Source of the DNA: a virus
IMG/VR virus record: IMGVR_UViG_3300020183_000008
Span: 64,001 to 128,000 of that record
Length of the DNA stretch: 64,000 nt
Reading direction: 5' to 3' (one strand)
Below are positions 17,548 to 27,989 of this stretch, piece after piece (position 1 is the stretch's first letter; each line of letters starts with the position of its first letter). The notes under the pieces were generated by a model. That model made no database searches, was not told the DNA's origin, and was given only the letters and a program-made list of their open reading frames with translations. Made by a program: the position numbers and the translations under genes.

Positions 17548-18055
17548 TTAAACCGATCTTAGACCGCAGCGTTTTTACCATATCCATGTTTTCAGTCTCT
17601 TCTGCTTTGTCCAGAACGTAAAAAGATTTCGCGTATTTCTCTAAGCCAAGGTCTTTCTTTTTTTCAATCAACTGCTTTTCAGTAATTCGCAAAAGATCAG
17701 CCAAAGATAAATCACGAATAGAAGGGGTTTGCTGCGGTCGAGATTCTCGGCTTACAGGAGAATCTTCGACACCATCCCACTTAACACCAAATTGTTTTTC
17801 TAACAGATAACAAGAATCTCTGAAATTTACTTTTTTGTATTCTGAATAAAAACCAATGATATCGTAGGCAACCCCGCAAGCAAAACATTTAAACAATTCG
17901 TTGCGGTAAATGCGAGCAGATGGTTTTGAATCTTGCCCGTGAAAAGGGCACCTCATTTGAAAATCACCATCCGCGCTCGATGGTAATAAATTCAATAAAG
18001 ATAAAACATCAGTCATGTGAACGTGATTTTTGATGTTCTTAACTCTATTTTTCAA
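17522..18055 (-). CDS. Stand-alone DnaG-type CHC2 zinc-finger protein
   Basis: CPFHGQDSKPS...FKCFACG; no TOPRIM domain. Confidence 0.85.
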   Translation of the reverse strand: MKNRVKNIKNHVHMTDVLSLLNLLPSSADGDFQMRCPFHGQDSKPSARIYRNELFKCFACGVAYDIIGFYSEYKKVNFRDSCYLLEKQFGVKWDGVEDSPVSRESRPQQTPSIRDLSLADLLRITEKQLIEKKKDLGLEKYAKSFYVLDKAEETENMDMVKTLRSKIGLSDVARRII

Positions 18056-18091
18056 GGATGTTATCCCTATTCTAAAGAATATTTAAAAACT

Positions 18092-19627
18092 TCAAAGAGA
18101 TATCTCTTGCACTCCGGATGACAGAGGTATCTCATCTCCTTGATCACGATACATAATCTGACGACAAGCGAGTTTTGTATCACTAATGAAAGGTGAAAAA
18201 ATCTCACCATGACGGTTTTTGATACAACCTATGTGAATCTGGTTATTCTGCCTTAAATCATGATTCAAATAGGTATACAAAACAGCATCAGCCGAGCGTT
18301 CAGCTTCATTGGCATAAGAAAGGTGATACGTTGAATAAATAGGTCTATCGGTTTGAGCAACATCAATCCGAGCAGAGTCCGATTCCGATTTTTTAACGGC
18401 TTCTTTTTTACCTTCGCGGTTGATCTGAAAAGGGCTTATGATCGCTATCCCTCTATTGTCATCGAAGGTTTGAGCCACTCTTTTTAGTTTTTTCATGATT
18501 GAGTTCAAGTTATGACTTTCACTCATACCAGGTTTCCAGTCATCAGCGAACATCAAGCCTGGGTAGTCGATAACCATCAAATCGATGGGATCTTTTCTAT
18601 GAATAGCCATAGCTTTGGATGCCAATAAATTGGGTGTACAGTCCTGATTCGGTTCCCAGATATGAAGTTTTCCGTACAAATTATCCGGATCACGTCCCGA
18701 TTCTAAGCCGCGAGAGGACCAATCGCGGAGAGCAAACTTGTAAAGAGCCTCTCTTTGACCCCAAAGCATAGCCGATTTAATTTGATCATAGACAACATCA
18801 ACCTTCTTTTCACAATTCGCCTGAAGCTCAGGATTGTTCGCATGTAGGCAATAAAAAATATCCTGTACGTTTTCTTTACTCATTTCCAGAGAAACAAACA
18901 TACAAGAATAACCAGATGTTACAGCGTGATAAACCCAATTCATAGCAAGGGTTGTTTTACATTCACCTACGGCACCAGCGATAACCACTAATTGTTTTCG
19001 GTGTATGCCTTTAAGAGCATTGTCGAGGGGGGATAGACCTGAAACAATCCCCCACTGAGCCATTTTATTTTTATTCGCTAACTCGTAGCGTTTAATAGCC
19101 GATTCGACGCCTTCAGTCATCTCAACGTGAGTTATCTCATCACTCTCTGTTTGAAAAAACTGATCTGTACTATGAAGCAAAAACTCGACTGCATCTTTGA
19201 CACCTTTACGGGTTTTTTGACCTTTAGGTGCAACGTATTTGTCGTTTGCAATCTCAACAGCTTCTTGAATAGTTTTATTGAATATTCTTTGATGACATTC
19301 TTTTTGAACAACATCATGTAAATATCGAAAACCAGCGCCAATCTGAGCAGAATATTCATGGATGAGATTTAATTCATCCATCAATTCAATCGAAGTGCTC
19401 CCGCGAGTTTCGAAAGCTAAATTTAGAATTGAGAACGTCGGTAAATCGTTATTCTCTTGAACATAGTCAATTACAAATTTTAAAATCTGACCGTAATCTG
19501 GATTCAATACTTCTAATTTGGGAGTTGGGTATTCCAGAAGTTTTACATGATTTTCACCAAGATCTTCACGGTCATCTTTTTTGATGAGGCAGCGCAAGTA
19601 TTTACGCGATGAATCACTGATGCTCAT
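18092..19627 (-). CDS. dnaB: DnaB-like replicative helicase
   Basis: SGLSPLD, Walker A GAVGECKT, SLEM, VIDY, QINR, ERSAD, KNRHG. Confidence 0.9.
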   Translation of the reverse strand: MSISDSSRKYLRCLIKKDDREDLGENHVKLLEYPTPKLEVLNPDYGQILKFVIDYVQENNDLPTFSILNLAFETRGSTSIELMDELNLIHEYSAQIGAGFRYLHDVVQKECHQRIFNKTIQEAVEIANDKYVAPKGQKTRKGVKDAVEFLLHSTDQFFQTESDEITHVEMTEGVESAIKRYELANKNKMAQWGIVSGLSPLDNALKGIHRKQLVVIAGAVGECKTTLAMNWVYHAVTSGYSCMFVSLEMSKENVQDIFYCLHANNPELQANCEKKVDVVYDQIKSAMLWGQREALYKFALRDWSSRGLESGRDPDNLYGKLHIWEPNQDCTPNLLASKAMAIHRKDPIDLMVIDYPGLMFADDWKPGMSESHNLNSIMKKLKRVAQTFDDNRGIAIISPFQINREGKKEAVKKSESDSARIDVAQTDRPIYSTYHLSYANEAERSADAVLYTYLNHDLRQNNQIHIGCIKNRHGEIFSPFISDTKLACRQIMYRDQGDEIPLSSGVQEISL

Positions 19628-20472
19628 GTTCGCGCTCCACTTCTCAACTGCTTACCACCCACCTGTTTCGCATTTCGAGCAGGTTTCTGCTTATCTAGAT
19701 TAGGTTCATCTTGTTTGTCTTCCGCAGGAACAATACAAGATACATCGCCAATCGTGATAGTTACAAAATTATCACTACCTATTTCTTTTATATTTTTGTC
19801 CCCGACGTTTGGATTTGTAACCCATCGAGTTGGATTCCAAAACCAAATGGGCAGCGATTTAGATTTTCTATGTAAAATCAATTCTTCGACGTGGGATTCA
19901 TCGGCTATGTTCGAATAGCCTTTTTTAGACAAGTCAAAAACAAGAAGATGCTTATCATCGAACATTCCAAAATCAGAACGACCGCTTTTTTCATCGAATT
20001 TTTTAGACCTCAACATGAGAACATCAATAAATTGTATGTTAAATTTTCGGACTTTGTTCTTAAAAACCAAAAACTCAGTAAACGCCTGTAAATGCGACAG
20101 AAACAACGCGTATTCTGCCACAATAAAAGCATTCTTTATTTTCCCTTTTTTCAAATGACCAAATTCATAAACTGAAAATAGTTTAGAAAGTTCAGTTTCA
20201 TCAGGTCTCTGAAAAATACAGGAGTTCATTTCAATCGTGAAATACTTTCTCAGATAGTATTCACGCTCTTCTTGGCAAGGTTGGTATTTCCCTTCGTAAG
20301 GATTACCGGAAACGTAGTCAAAATGCTCATACCTGTGTTTACCGCAATGTGGGCACAAAGACTGAGGTGATATAAGACTTTTCTCATCAGGAACGAAATC
20401 CGGATTGCTCTTGCGCTTTTCCGCAATCGCTCTCTCTTCATCTTTGGGTGTCCAAACGAAACCACGTTTCAT
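19624..20472 (-). CDS. Degenerate DnaC/DnaI-like helicase loader
   Basis: N-terminal CPHC...PC; LLVFDL; ELILHRKSKSLPIWF; overlaps the dnaB start; no intact Walker A. Confidence 0.5.
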   Translation of the reverse strand: MKRGFVWTPKDEERAIAEKRKSNPDFVPDEKSLISPQSLCPHCGKHRYEHFDYVSGNPYEGKYQPCQEEREYYLRKYFTIEMNSCIFQRPDETELSKLFSVYEFGHLKKGKIKNAFIVAEYALFLSHLQAFTEFLVFKNKVRKFNIQFIDVLMLRSKKFDEKSGRSDFGMFDDKHLLVFDLSKKGYSNIADESHVEELILHRKSKSLPIWFWNPTRWVTNPNVGDKNIKEIGSDNFVTITIGDVSCIVPAEDKQDEPNLDKQKPARNAKQVGGKQLRSGART

Positions 20473-22214
20473 AGTTTTTGCCTCGCAGCTTGAACCATCT
20501 CAGTAAACAAGCTGTCCGTAACATCGCCTTCAAAAGCTAGTTCACCTGTTTGAGTTTCCCCAAATACTGAAGCGACTAGCCCTTGCTTCTTTTTCAAAGT
20601 CTTCAAAACATATTCATCGATCGTTTTTCGATTGATCAAGTGTAAAACAAGAATGGATGTATGCCTAGAGCCGATACGTTGGGCTCGACCGACGAGCTGC
20701 AAGTAATCACCGTAAGACCACGGATTGTCGTAAAAAATGAAAGTTGAAGCGATCTGTAGATTTATCGACTCAGAACCAGCGCGGTTGATGAAAATAACAT
20801 TTACACCGCTATTTTCATCTTGAAAAATCTCTTTGTTTTTATTTCTTTGTTCCGCGCTTTCATCCCCTGTGATACGAGTCATCTTCAATTTTTTCTTAGC
20901 GAACAACTCTTCAAAACGGTCAATCATTTTTTTGAAGTTCGTGAAAACAATAACTTTTTCATCTATTAAGTCTTCTTCCAAAAGTCGAAATATCTCTTCT
21001 TCTTTCGAACTATCACCTGATATGCCAACAAGATTGGGTGAATTAGATATTTGCTGACAATAAATCAAAGCAGCGACTTTCTCGACTTTCTTCTCTTCAC
21101 CTGTATCTAGTACAAGTAGCCCCTCTAAAGCATCTTTGTAGGCTTTTACTTGACTTTCAGTCATGTCCAGAAGGACTTCTTTAGAAATCAGAACAGGTAA
21201 TTCTTTTGCAACATCTTCTTTTTTTCTACCCAAAAAATAAGGGTCAATTACTTGCCTGAATTGCACAAGATTCTTGTACCCTACAACTTTGGGGATTTTT
21301 CTACGTACACCACCTATGACCATAGGGAGCAAAACGACTTTGCAGTAGTCATCCTTGAATTTTGTAGCATTACCGAAAAGTTGGGGGATGATTGCCTTAT
21401 AAATTGCGTAGGCTTCTTCGAGACGATTTTTGATGATTGTTGCCGACAGTCCGTATGACCGCGAAGCCCTCTTACTCGTTTCAGCGACCGCTCTAAAAGT
21501 GAGCGTGTTTGTGCTCTTAAAATAGCTCGCTTCATCGAACACAACCATAAAATTACCAAGAGCAGCACTTAAATCATCAAACTCTTCAATCAGGGTGTTG
21601 TAATTTACAACAAACATATCGCAGTTTTTTTCAACCAAACGGTTAAGCTGAAACAGACGACTTGCTTTACCAGTTAAAGCGACGCATCTGAGATTACCAT
21701 CGCTATCTTTACCTTTCTTGAAGAAAGGCACGTTCGCTGATGCAGAGAAGTCTTTACTGAGGGCTGTCAAAGAAAGGTCTACAAGAACCTTGATGGGCTT
21801 CCCACCCTTGTCTCGTTTTTCAACCCCACCTGTTTTTATTTTGCTCCATTCATCGGAGTCCGCAGAAATCTGGATTTCCCCTGATGCGATCACACCTGTA
21901 TTTATATTTTGCAAGAATTTATCGCATTCGCTTGCCCACTGGTAGAGTGCGGATTTTGACGCCACAACAAGCAGCTTTAAATTTGGGTCTTTTTCTTTAA
22001 GGTAAGCGTAACCACTCAATATCTGTAAAGTTTTTCCAAGACCAGTTCCATCTCCGATCACCATACGAGGTAAGGAGAGAAGATGATAAACACCGATCGC
22101 TTGATAATTTCGCAGCTTCACTTCATCTTTAATGTAAATGCACGGCTTTAGCTGCAAGTTATCAGCTTGTCGAACCTGTTTAAGTCTGTCATAGTAATTC
22201 GGCGGAGGAATCAT
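20469..22214 (-). CDS. SNF2-family helicase
   Basis: LRNYQ, GDGTGLGKT, FDEAS, SAT, ESINLQ, QLVGRAQRIG. Confidence 0.92.
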   Translation of the reverse strand: MIPPPNYYDRLKQVRQADNLQLKPCIYIKDEVKLRNYQAIGVYHLLSLPRMVIGDGTGLGKTLQILSGYAYLKEKDPNLKLLVVASKSALYQWASECDKFLQNINTGVIASGEIQISADSDEWSKIKTGGVEKRDKGGKPIKVLVDLSLTALSKDFSASANVPFFKKGKDSDGNLRCVALTGKASRLFQLNRLVEKNCDMFVVNYNTLIEEFDDLSAALGNFMVVFDEASYFKSTNTLTFRAVAETSKRASRSYGLSATIIKNRLEEAYAIYKAIIPQLFGNATKFKDDYCKVVLLPMVIGGVRRKIPKVVGYKNLVQFRQVIDPYFLGRKKEDVAKELPVLISKEVLLDMTESQVKAYKDALEGLLVLDTGEEKKVEKVAALIYCQQISNSPNLVGISGDSSKEEEIFRLLEEDLIDEKVIVFTNFKKMIDRFEELFAKKKLKMTRITGDESAEQRNKNKEIFQDENSGVNVIFINRAGSESINLQIASTFIFYDNPWSYGDYLQLVGRAQRIGSRHTSILVLHLINRKTIDEYVLKTLKKKQGLVASVFGETQTGELAFEGDVTDSLFTEMVQAARQKL

Positions 22215-22219
22215 AAGTC

Positions 22220-23188
22220 ATGAATAACGGAAGCGACAACAACTTACAAGAAGCTAATGTGGACAATCTTTACGATGGTAATGAAATCAGGGCTGTACAA
22301 AAAATAGCACAAGAATCCGTAAATAAAATTTCGGTAGATAAAAATCTGATTGGGGATAACCTTTACGAATTCTGGTTCTCCCCTGACTCTGAAAAAGATG
22401 TGCGTGAAATCTTAGCTGACTGTATCAGTAGAACAAAATGGGATTCGCTTCTTTCAAAATATAAAGATGGTTCGGTGAGTTCAGATGAGGTGATCGATGC
22501 CCTTTTGCTTTCACACCTGACCGTTTTAAATGAAGAGACTCAAAACCCGTTTGCGACCACAGAGGAAATCGTAGATCGGGCTTTAGAATCAAAAATCAAG
22601 GGCAAATTAGGCAGAAAATTGATCGCAAACACGATTGATACTCTAGCTGAGTCTAATCTGCTAAATGCGAATCCTGAGGCATTAAAGCTACTGGTAGACC
22701 AATCTCTGACAAAATCAGATGCACGTGTTGAAGAAAAACAGCTTTTAATTCCTGAGTTGAAAGAAGCGATGCCTGCTCTTGTGGACAACAGCTTCAATAA
22801 ATACTTAAACAGTATTGCTGTGGCTGATGTTATCAGAGATATCACATCGGAAGAACTAATCAGCCGCCTTTCGGATCAAGACGATTCATACTTTTCACCC
22901 GTGCACCATCTAGTTTTTGATTTAGGCTGGGAAGCACCATCTCGACTCAAAGCGGATGAAAAATGCCTATCTTTGTACGTTGCTGAATTAGACAGAGCTT
23001 GGGTAGATGAATCAGCATCAAACATCAAAACTTCGGACAGAAGAATCACAAGATACCTTGTAAGAGATGTGAAGCGTGGTGATGTAGATGTGTTAGGGAA
23101 AATAACAGATGCTCTAAACGAGGCTTACAGAAATCGATTGCTTGAAAAATCAAATTTTACAAAAGTTCTGTGGGAAAGAGGGCTTTAA
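22220..23188 (+). CDS. Hypothetical acidic helical protein
   Basis: 322-aa ORF, an isolated plus-strand gene. Confidence 0.65.
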   Translation: MNNGSDNNLQEANVDNLYDGNEIRAVQKIAQESVNKISVDKNLIGDNLYEFWFSPDSEKDVREILADCISRTKWDSLLSKYKDGSVSSDEVIDALLLSHLTVLNEETQNPFATTEEIVDRALESKIKGKLGRKLIANTIDTLAESNLLNANPEALKLLVDQSLTKSDARVEEKQLLIPELKEAMPALVDNSFNKYLNSIAVADVIRDITSEELISRLSDQDDSYFSPVHHLVFDLGWEAPSRLKADEKCLSLYVAELDRAWVDESASNIKTSDRRITRYLVRDVKRGDVDVLGKITDALNEAYRNRLLEKSNFTKVLWERGL

Positions 23189-23519
23189 GTCGAGGATCCT
23201 TACGGATTCGATCTTGCACAGTAAGAAGAGTTTGATGAAGTTCGGGGTAATGAACCCGAACTTTTTCCATATAGGGATCCTGATGCTGCGATTGAATTTC
23301 ACCTAACTTATTTTTTAAATCCTGAATTTCAGAATCAAGATCGCTCTGAACTTTCACTTTAGATGCTGTAGCTTTCTTGAGCCGCTTCTGATGATGTTTT
23401 ATATTTTCCAGAATTTGATAAAATTCGTGGTAAGAATCATGAACTTTGATGATGAAACTTTGAATGTTAGCAATACTCAATCGAAGAGGGCTTGAAATTA
23501 GCTCACAGCAAGCTAACAT
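23157..23519 (-). CDS. Hypothetical coiled-coil protein
   Basis: 120-aa ORF; start uncertain. Confidence 0.5.
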   Translation of the reverse strand: MLACCELISSPLRLSIANIQSFIIKVHDSYHEFYQILENIKHHQKRLKKATASKVKVQSDLDSEIQDLKNKLGEIQSQHQDPYMEKVRVHYPELHQTLLTVQDRIRKDPRLKALFPTELL

Positions 23520-24483
23520 TCATAATTCTCCTAACAATAGACCTTGCAATCTTTGCCCTGAAAACTCTTCTCAAATCATCAGAATCTAATTCAAGATTCA
23601 AAACGATTCTTCTAAGTTCAGCGGTATATTTTTCCAAAAACTTTTTGGCAGCGTAACTTTCAAGTTTTAAATTTGTTTTTAAATTTTCCATGATTTCCGA
23701 TGATGAATCGGACTCTTTAATTATGTCAAATACTTTAACATAACGAGGATCTTCATTTTCTAGTTTTTCTAAAATTTGATTTTTCAAAAACTTATCATCA
23801 ACGGTAACATCATCAACAACATCTTGAATATGATGAGAATCACTTACGGTAGAACTTTGCTCATCACCTTTATCAAAGTTTCCGAATGACTTTGCATGGT
23901 CGATAAACTTATCTTTGTTTTCTTTGATAAAATTCTTTGCTTTATTTACAACAGAAGTTGTCCAGAAACTAATAAATTCAGGTTCATCTTTACCTTTAAA
24001 TTTATTAAAGATATTTGGACGAGGTTTATCACTAAGCATCTTGTCCAAATCGATGTCTTTTTTCATAGTTTTGAAAGGTTTTTTCTCACCTGTGAAACAC
24101 ATCTCGATGAATTTTGAATCAAAATCAAAATGATCTAAAATTTTTAGGATATTTTTATCTTGTTGAATTTTATCTAATGAAAAACCCTTAGATTTCATCT
24201 GAAGAACAATATTAGGAATCAGAGTCTCAGCAAGATATTTTCGATGATAATTTTCTAAAGGCTTGCCCGGTGATTTAACAATAAGTTGTTGAATCACACC
24301 TAGAACAAGGTCATCGATTGTCATACCACCTTTAAGGTTGGACAAATCAAATTTTTTCCTGATGGCACCAATCGCTAACTTGTATAGATCCGTAGAATCA
24401 GAAATCGGCAGCCCTAAACTTTGAGCTTCATTTTTCAAAGTTTCCGCGATTTTTTCCGCTTGAATTATGGCTGTCTTTTTCAT
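23503..24483 (-). CDS. Possible second, divergent sigma-like factor
   Basis: Region 2-like FNKFKGKDEPEFISFWTTSVVNKAKNFIK; region 4-like LKNQILEKL...RYVKVFDIIKESDSSSEIME. Confidence 0.4.
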   Translation of the reverse strand: MKKTAIIQAEKIAETLKNEAQSLGLPISDSTDLYKLAIGAIRKKFDLSNLKGGMTIDDLVLGVIQQLIVKSPGKPLENYHRKYLAETLIPNIVLQMKSKGFSLDKIQQDKNILKILDHFDFDSKFIEMCFTGEKKPFKTMKKDIDLDKMLSDKPRPNIFNKFKGKDEPEFISFWTTSVVNKAKNFIKENKDKFIDHAKSFGNFDKGDEQSSTVSDSHHIQDVVDDVTVDDKFLKNQILEKLENEDPRYVKVFDIIKESDSSSEIMENLKTNLKLESYAAKKFLEKYTAELRRIVLNLELDSDDLRRVFRAKIARSIVRRIMNVSLL

Positions 24484-27400
24484 AATTTTCCTAACAACCG
24501 ACCTCTGATTTTGAAAACATCAAACGAATTGTCAGCGGAGAAGTTTGAATTAGTAACTTCAACACTTTGACCTTCGCAGAATTTTGTTTCCACTTTCAAC
24601 AGATACTCACCTTTACGGAAATGACCTGTAGGATCTTCGATCACTTGCTCTAAGAAATATAAAACGGCTTGTTTTTTGGTCTCAGCGATGACATCAGCAC
24701 CCACCGAATAATAGTTAGACCCTTTAAAGGTACCCCTATCATTATTTACGTTATCTTTAGAAATATAATTCTCTCGACCCATAACGTGAGGCATACCAAA
24801 CTCAGGATCAAGATTAGATCCGGAAACGATAGAGATGTCAAAAGCATAAGCGCGGTCTTTAAGGAAATGAATGCCGAAACCATCGCTTATTGGTGCCATG
24901 CCTGAATTTGAAGTGAATCGCATCAGAAGTTTAGTGAATTCAGAATACCAAATATCGTTGTTAGAAATCTCTAAAGATGAATTAACATCTTCTAGGTAAG
25001 GATTAACAAACCCGACCCCTCTCAAAACATCAGAAGAACTTTGAAAGTTTAACTGTAAGTTAACTGAGTTTACAGTAGTTGATGTGGCTGTACCTGTCGT
25101 ACGTTGAGTGAATACAAGTCTGTTCCAACCCGTTGAGAGCTCATCACTCACTCTGTACACATGATCACCACCGCTAGTTTTGAGCAATAAAGACACGTTC
25201 AAAACTTTAGTCGGATCTGGCATATAGACCCAAAACACAAGTTGCTTGTTATTCAACAATGTACCTGATGAATCGATGACATCAGAGAAATCAGAAGATG
25301 CCAAAGACCCTCTTGTGATTTCACCGACAGCACTCGATGTTCCTGTTTTGCTGAATCGAATAGTGTCCGAATCGAACATCCTTCGAGTATTATCATTCAG
25401 GACTACGTTTGTCGTATTTGCGTTATCAGCCGTCCAGTTTTGACGAGATTCAAAACTACTTAGAGCAATATTCTGACTTAGTGTAAAGTCGGCGTTTAGG
25501 CTGATACCTTTATGCCAAGTGTAACTTTTCGCTCCAAGCGGATCATTTTTAAGATCTGAATCTTTATCAGCGAAGGCTTTTGGTAGTTTTGTGATAATAG
25601 GAGCGAATTTTTTCGGTATTGTTTCATTCGTACCGCTCGTGCCACTTGTATGCACAAAAAATCCATCGCAACGACTGACGATCTTAGTTTTGATGTAGCT
25701 ATTTGCGTTATTACCGAACGAAGTCAGGCTTGTAATACCTTGATACGGGTTGTAATCATAAAAAATCTGAAGTCTTTGGTTTATGGCTAGAGGGTAGGCA
25801 CGATTTACTACAACTTCAACCTTTGAGTTAGCACTGCTTCCAACGGGTGTACTCAAACTCAAAAGGACTGTCGAACCTTTGATTTCAGAAACACACTCCG
25901 TCTGAACACCATCGATAAAACAAACACTCGAAAAAAGATTCAACCCTGCTACTTCAGACTGTGTTGAAAAAACGATGTTCCCAGCGTTAAATCCAACCTG
26001 AGTTAAATTTGAACCCGCAACCACAGTTTTGCTTAAAATTTCTACAGTTGAAAACTCATCGATAGATTTATTTAATTCTTGAAATCTAACCGCGCTAGTA
26101 GCAAGACCTACTCCGATTAAAGCGGATGATCCTAAAGCGATAGCGTTGTTAAAAGTAATCGTAAACGTGTTATCAAAATTCCGTCTAATTTCGTTGATTG
26201 CTAGAGGAGAAGATGTGCGAGTGATCTGGACGTTGTTCACTTTCACCCAATGAACGTGGGTGATGGGTGTACCGCCATGTGTAGCGGAAATTGTGTAACT
26301 CTGAGAACCATCCCCTGACACTGTGATGAAGCCTAAAGTCGTAAAGGCATAATCCTCGCTGAACCCGATGATGTAATCATGCGCGGATGCAGAAGTAGTC
26401 AAAGATGAAGTCTTAATACCATCAGCATCATTCTTAGATACGAAGCTGAAATTTGTATTATCTCGGACTTCATAAACTTTATGAACTTCTTCTGGGACAA
26501 AAGATAATCCGTAACCCGCAGGGAAAGATATATCAAATTCAGCTACTAATTCTTGTGTTGTAACACCAGATGGAATCGATGAAACAGAACAAATCAAAGT
26601 TGAGTTGCCTAGAGGAACCGTAGAAACTGGAACCTCGACACGAGATTCTAAAGCACCTGAACGAACTAAAGCATAAAGTTTTAGGTCACGTCCACCAAAC
26701 ACGGTGCCCGCAGGGTTAGATGCGACTACGTTGATTACGAATTGGTCATTGACTGCCCAAGAATTCAATGAATTTACAACGGTTCGGTCGCTTAAATTGA
26801 TTTTTTGAGATGTAAATTGAAGATTTTCTGAATCAGAAATGATGCGACGTTGAGCGTTAGGTTGAGCTACATCCAAAACACCTGTCTGATCTACGGCTGA
26901 CATACCATCAATATGAAGACCTAACCCGTTGTAGTTCAAATCCGAACTCAAAGGGCTTTGAATCAAAGCAGTGTTGAGAGTACCTTCCAAAAGAGCCGTA
27001 AAATTGTTTTCGAGAAATTCATCAAATACTGGTTTAGTGACGATAAAATTTCTCATGTCCTGTAGGTCACGAGGCTCGATTTTATCACTAAAAAGATGGT
27101 CAGGGCGATCAGATGTTACATCTGCGATAACTCGACCTGCACCATTTAAATTCAAAAGGCTGAAAGGTGCAGCGTTTCTGCGATGGATTCTGAATAAAGG
27201 AACAGCGTAAACGTAACCATCAACTGTCCCTAGGGTGTTGCGGGATGCACTCGTCCCATCACCTGAAACAAAAATACCTGAATCTTCATCGTGCCGAGAA
27301 AATGCATAAGCCGTGGGATAAGCCATCGACCCTTGAGCAAACACGGTAGATGAATCAGTCACACCATCAGGGTGCGCTCCGAAATTGACCCCCTGAACTG

Positions 27401-27989
27401 TGCGAATTCTGTACTGAAGCTGAACACGCGAAGTTGTAGATGTGCCGATAGGAGAAAAATAAATATCATCTTCGAGGGGTGTGATGCCACTCTGTACATT
27501 ACCATAAGGATAAATTGTGTTCGTGCTAGGTTTACCTTGAGAAACTAAGGGTTCTAACTGCATGTACCACAATTCGAGAATAACCAAATCTTGCCGAGCA
27601 CCCGTGCCTGGAGCAGGTGGTAAGGTGATCACTAATTTCGAGGGATCATTGGTATTTGTCCCACCAATCTCAACAAAGTCACCGAGAAGATTGAACCTAA
27701 AAGGTTTATCCAAACTATTTTTAACGATGAATGTATTAGGTGTATTTGTAAAGTTCACCCCGTACTGCTCACCACTTTGGTCATAGCCAACACTAAAAGG
27801 ATTATTAGCTGGTAGGAACCCTGAAGGGTAAATAGAACTAAATGCATCTCTCGAAAGAGATGATGAGAGGTCCCCGAGGAAATTCAGTTCTGAGTCGAGC
27901 GGTGGTTTACTCGGTTTGAATATAACACTCCGATAGCTCGAATCGCCTTTTTCAAGTGTTCTTGTTGTTCCGTTGTAGTTTCTCATCAA
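24480..27989 (-). CDS. Large virion structural (baseplate/tail) protein, paralog 1
   Basis: 1169 aa, beta-rich; N-terminal VIFKPSKPPLDSELN, GTVDGYVYAVP...HRRN, DRPDHLFSD shared with its neighbour. Confidence 0.7.
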   Translation of the reverse strand: MMRNYNGTTRTLEKGDSSYRSVIFKPSKPPLDSELNFLGDLSSSLSRDAFSSIYPSGFLPANNPFSVGYDQSGEQYGVNFTNTPNTFIVKNSLDKPFRFNLLGDFVEIGGTNTNDPSKLVITLPPAPGTGARQDLVILELWYMQLEPLVSQGKPSTNTIYPYGNVQSGITPLEDDIYFSPIGTSTTSRVQLQYRIRTVQGVNFGAHPDGVTDSSTVFAQGSMAYPTAYAFSRHDEDSGIFVSGDGTSASRNTLGTVDGYVYAVPLFRIHRRNAAPFSLLNLNGAGRVIADVTSDRPDHLFSDKIEPRDLQDMRNFIVTKPVFDEFLENNFTALLEGTLNTALIQSPLSSDLNYNGLGLHIDGMSAVDQTGVLDVAQPNAQRRIISDSENLQFTSQKINLSDRTVVNSLNSWAVNDQFVINVVASNPAGTVFGGRDLKLYALVRSGALESRVEVPVSTVPLGNSTLICSVSSIPSGVTTQELVAEFDISFPAGYGLSFVPEEVHKVYEVRDNTNFSFVSKNDADGIKTSSLTTSASAHDYIIGFSEDYAFTTLGFITVSGDGSQSYTISATHGGTPITHVHWVKVNNVQITRTSSPLAINEIRRNFDNTFTITFNNAIALGSSALIGVGLATSAVRFQELNKSIDEFSTVEILSKTVVAGSNLTQVGFNAGNIVFSTQSEVAGLNLFSSVCFIDGVQTECVSEIKGSTVLLSLSTPVGSSANSKVEVVVNRAYPLAINQRLQIFYDYNPYQGITSLTSFGNNANSYIKTKIVSRCDGFFVHTSGTSGTNETIPKKFAPIITKLPKAFADKDSDLKNDPLGAKSYTWHKGISLNADFTLSQNIALSSFESRQNWTADNANTTNVVLNDNTRRMFDSDTIRFSKTGTSSAVGEITRGSLASSDFSDVIDSSGTLLNNKQLVFWVYMPDPTKVLNVSLLLKTSGGDHVYRVSDELSTGWNRLVFTQRTTGTATSTTVNSVNLQLNFQSSSDVLRGVGFVNPYLEDVNSSLEISNNDIWYSEFTKLLMRFTSNSGMAPISDGFGIHFLKDRAYAFDISIVSGSNLDPEFGMPHVMGRENYISKDNVNNDRGTFKGSNYYSVGADVIAETKKQAVLYFLEQVIEDPTGHFRKGEYLLKVETKFCEGQSVEVTNSNFSADNSFDVFKIRGRLLGKL

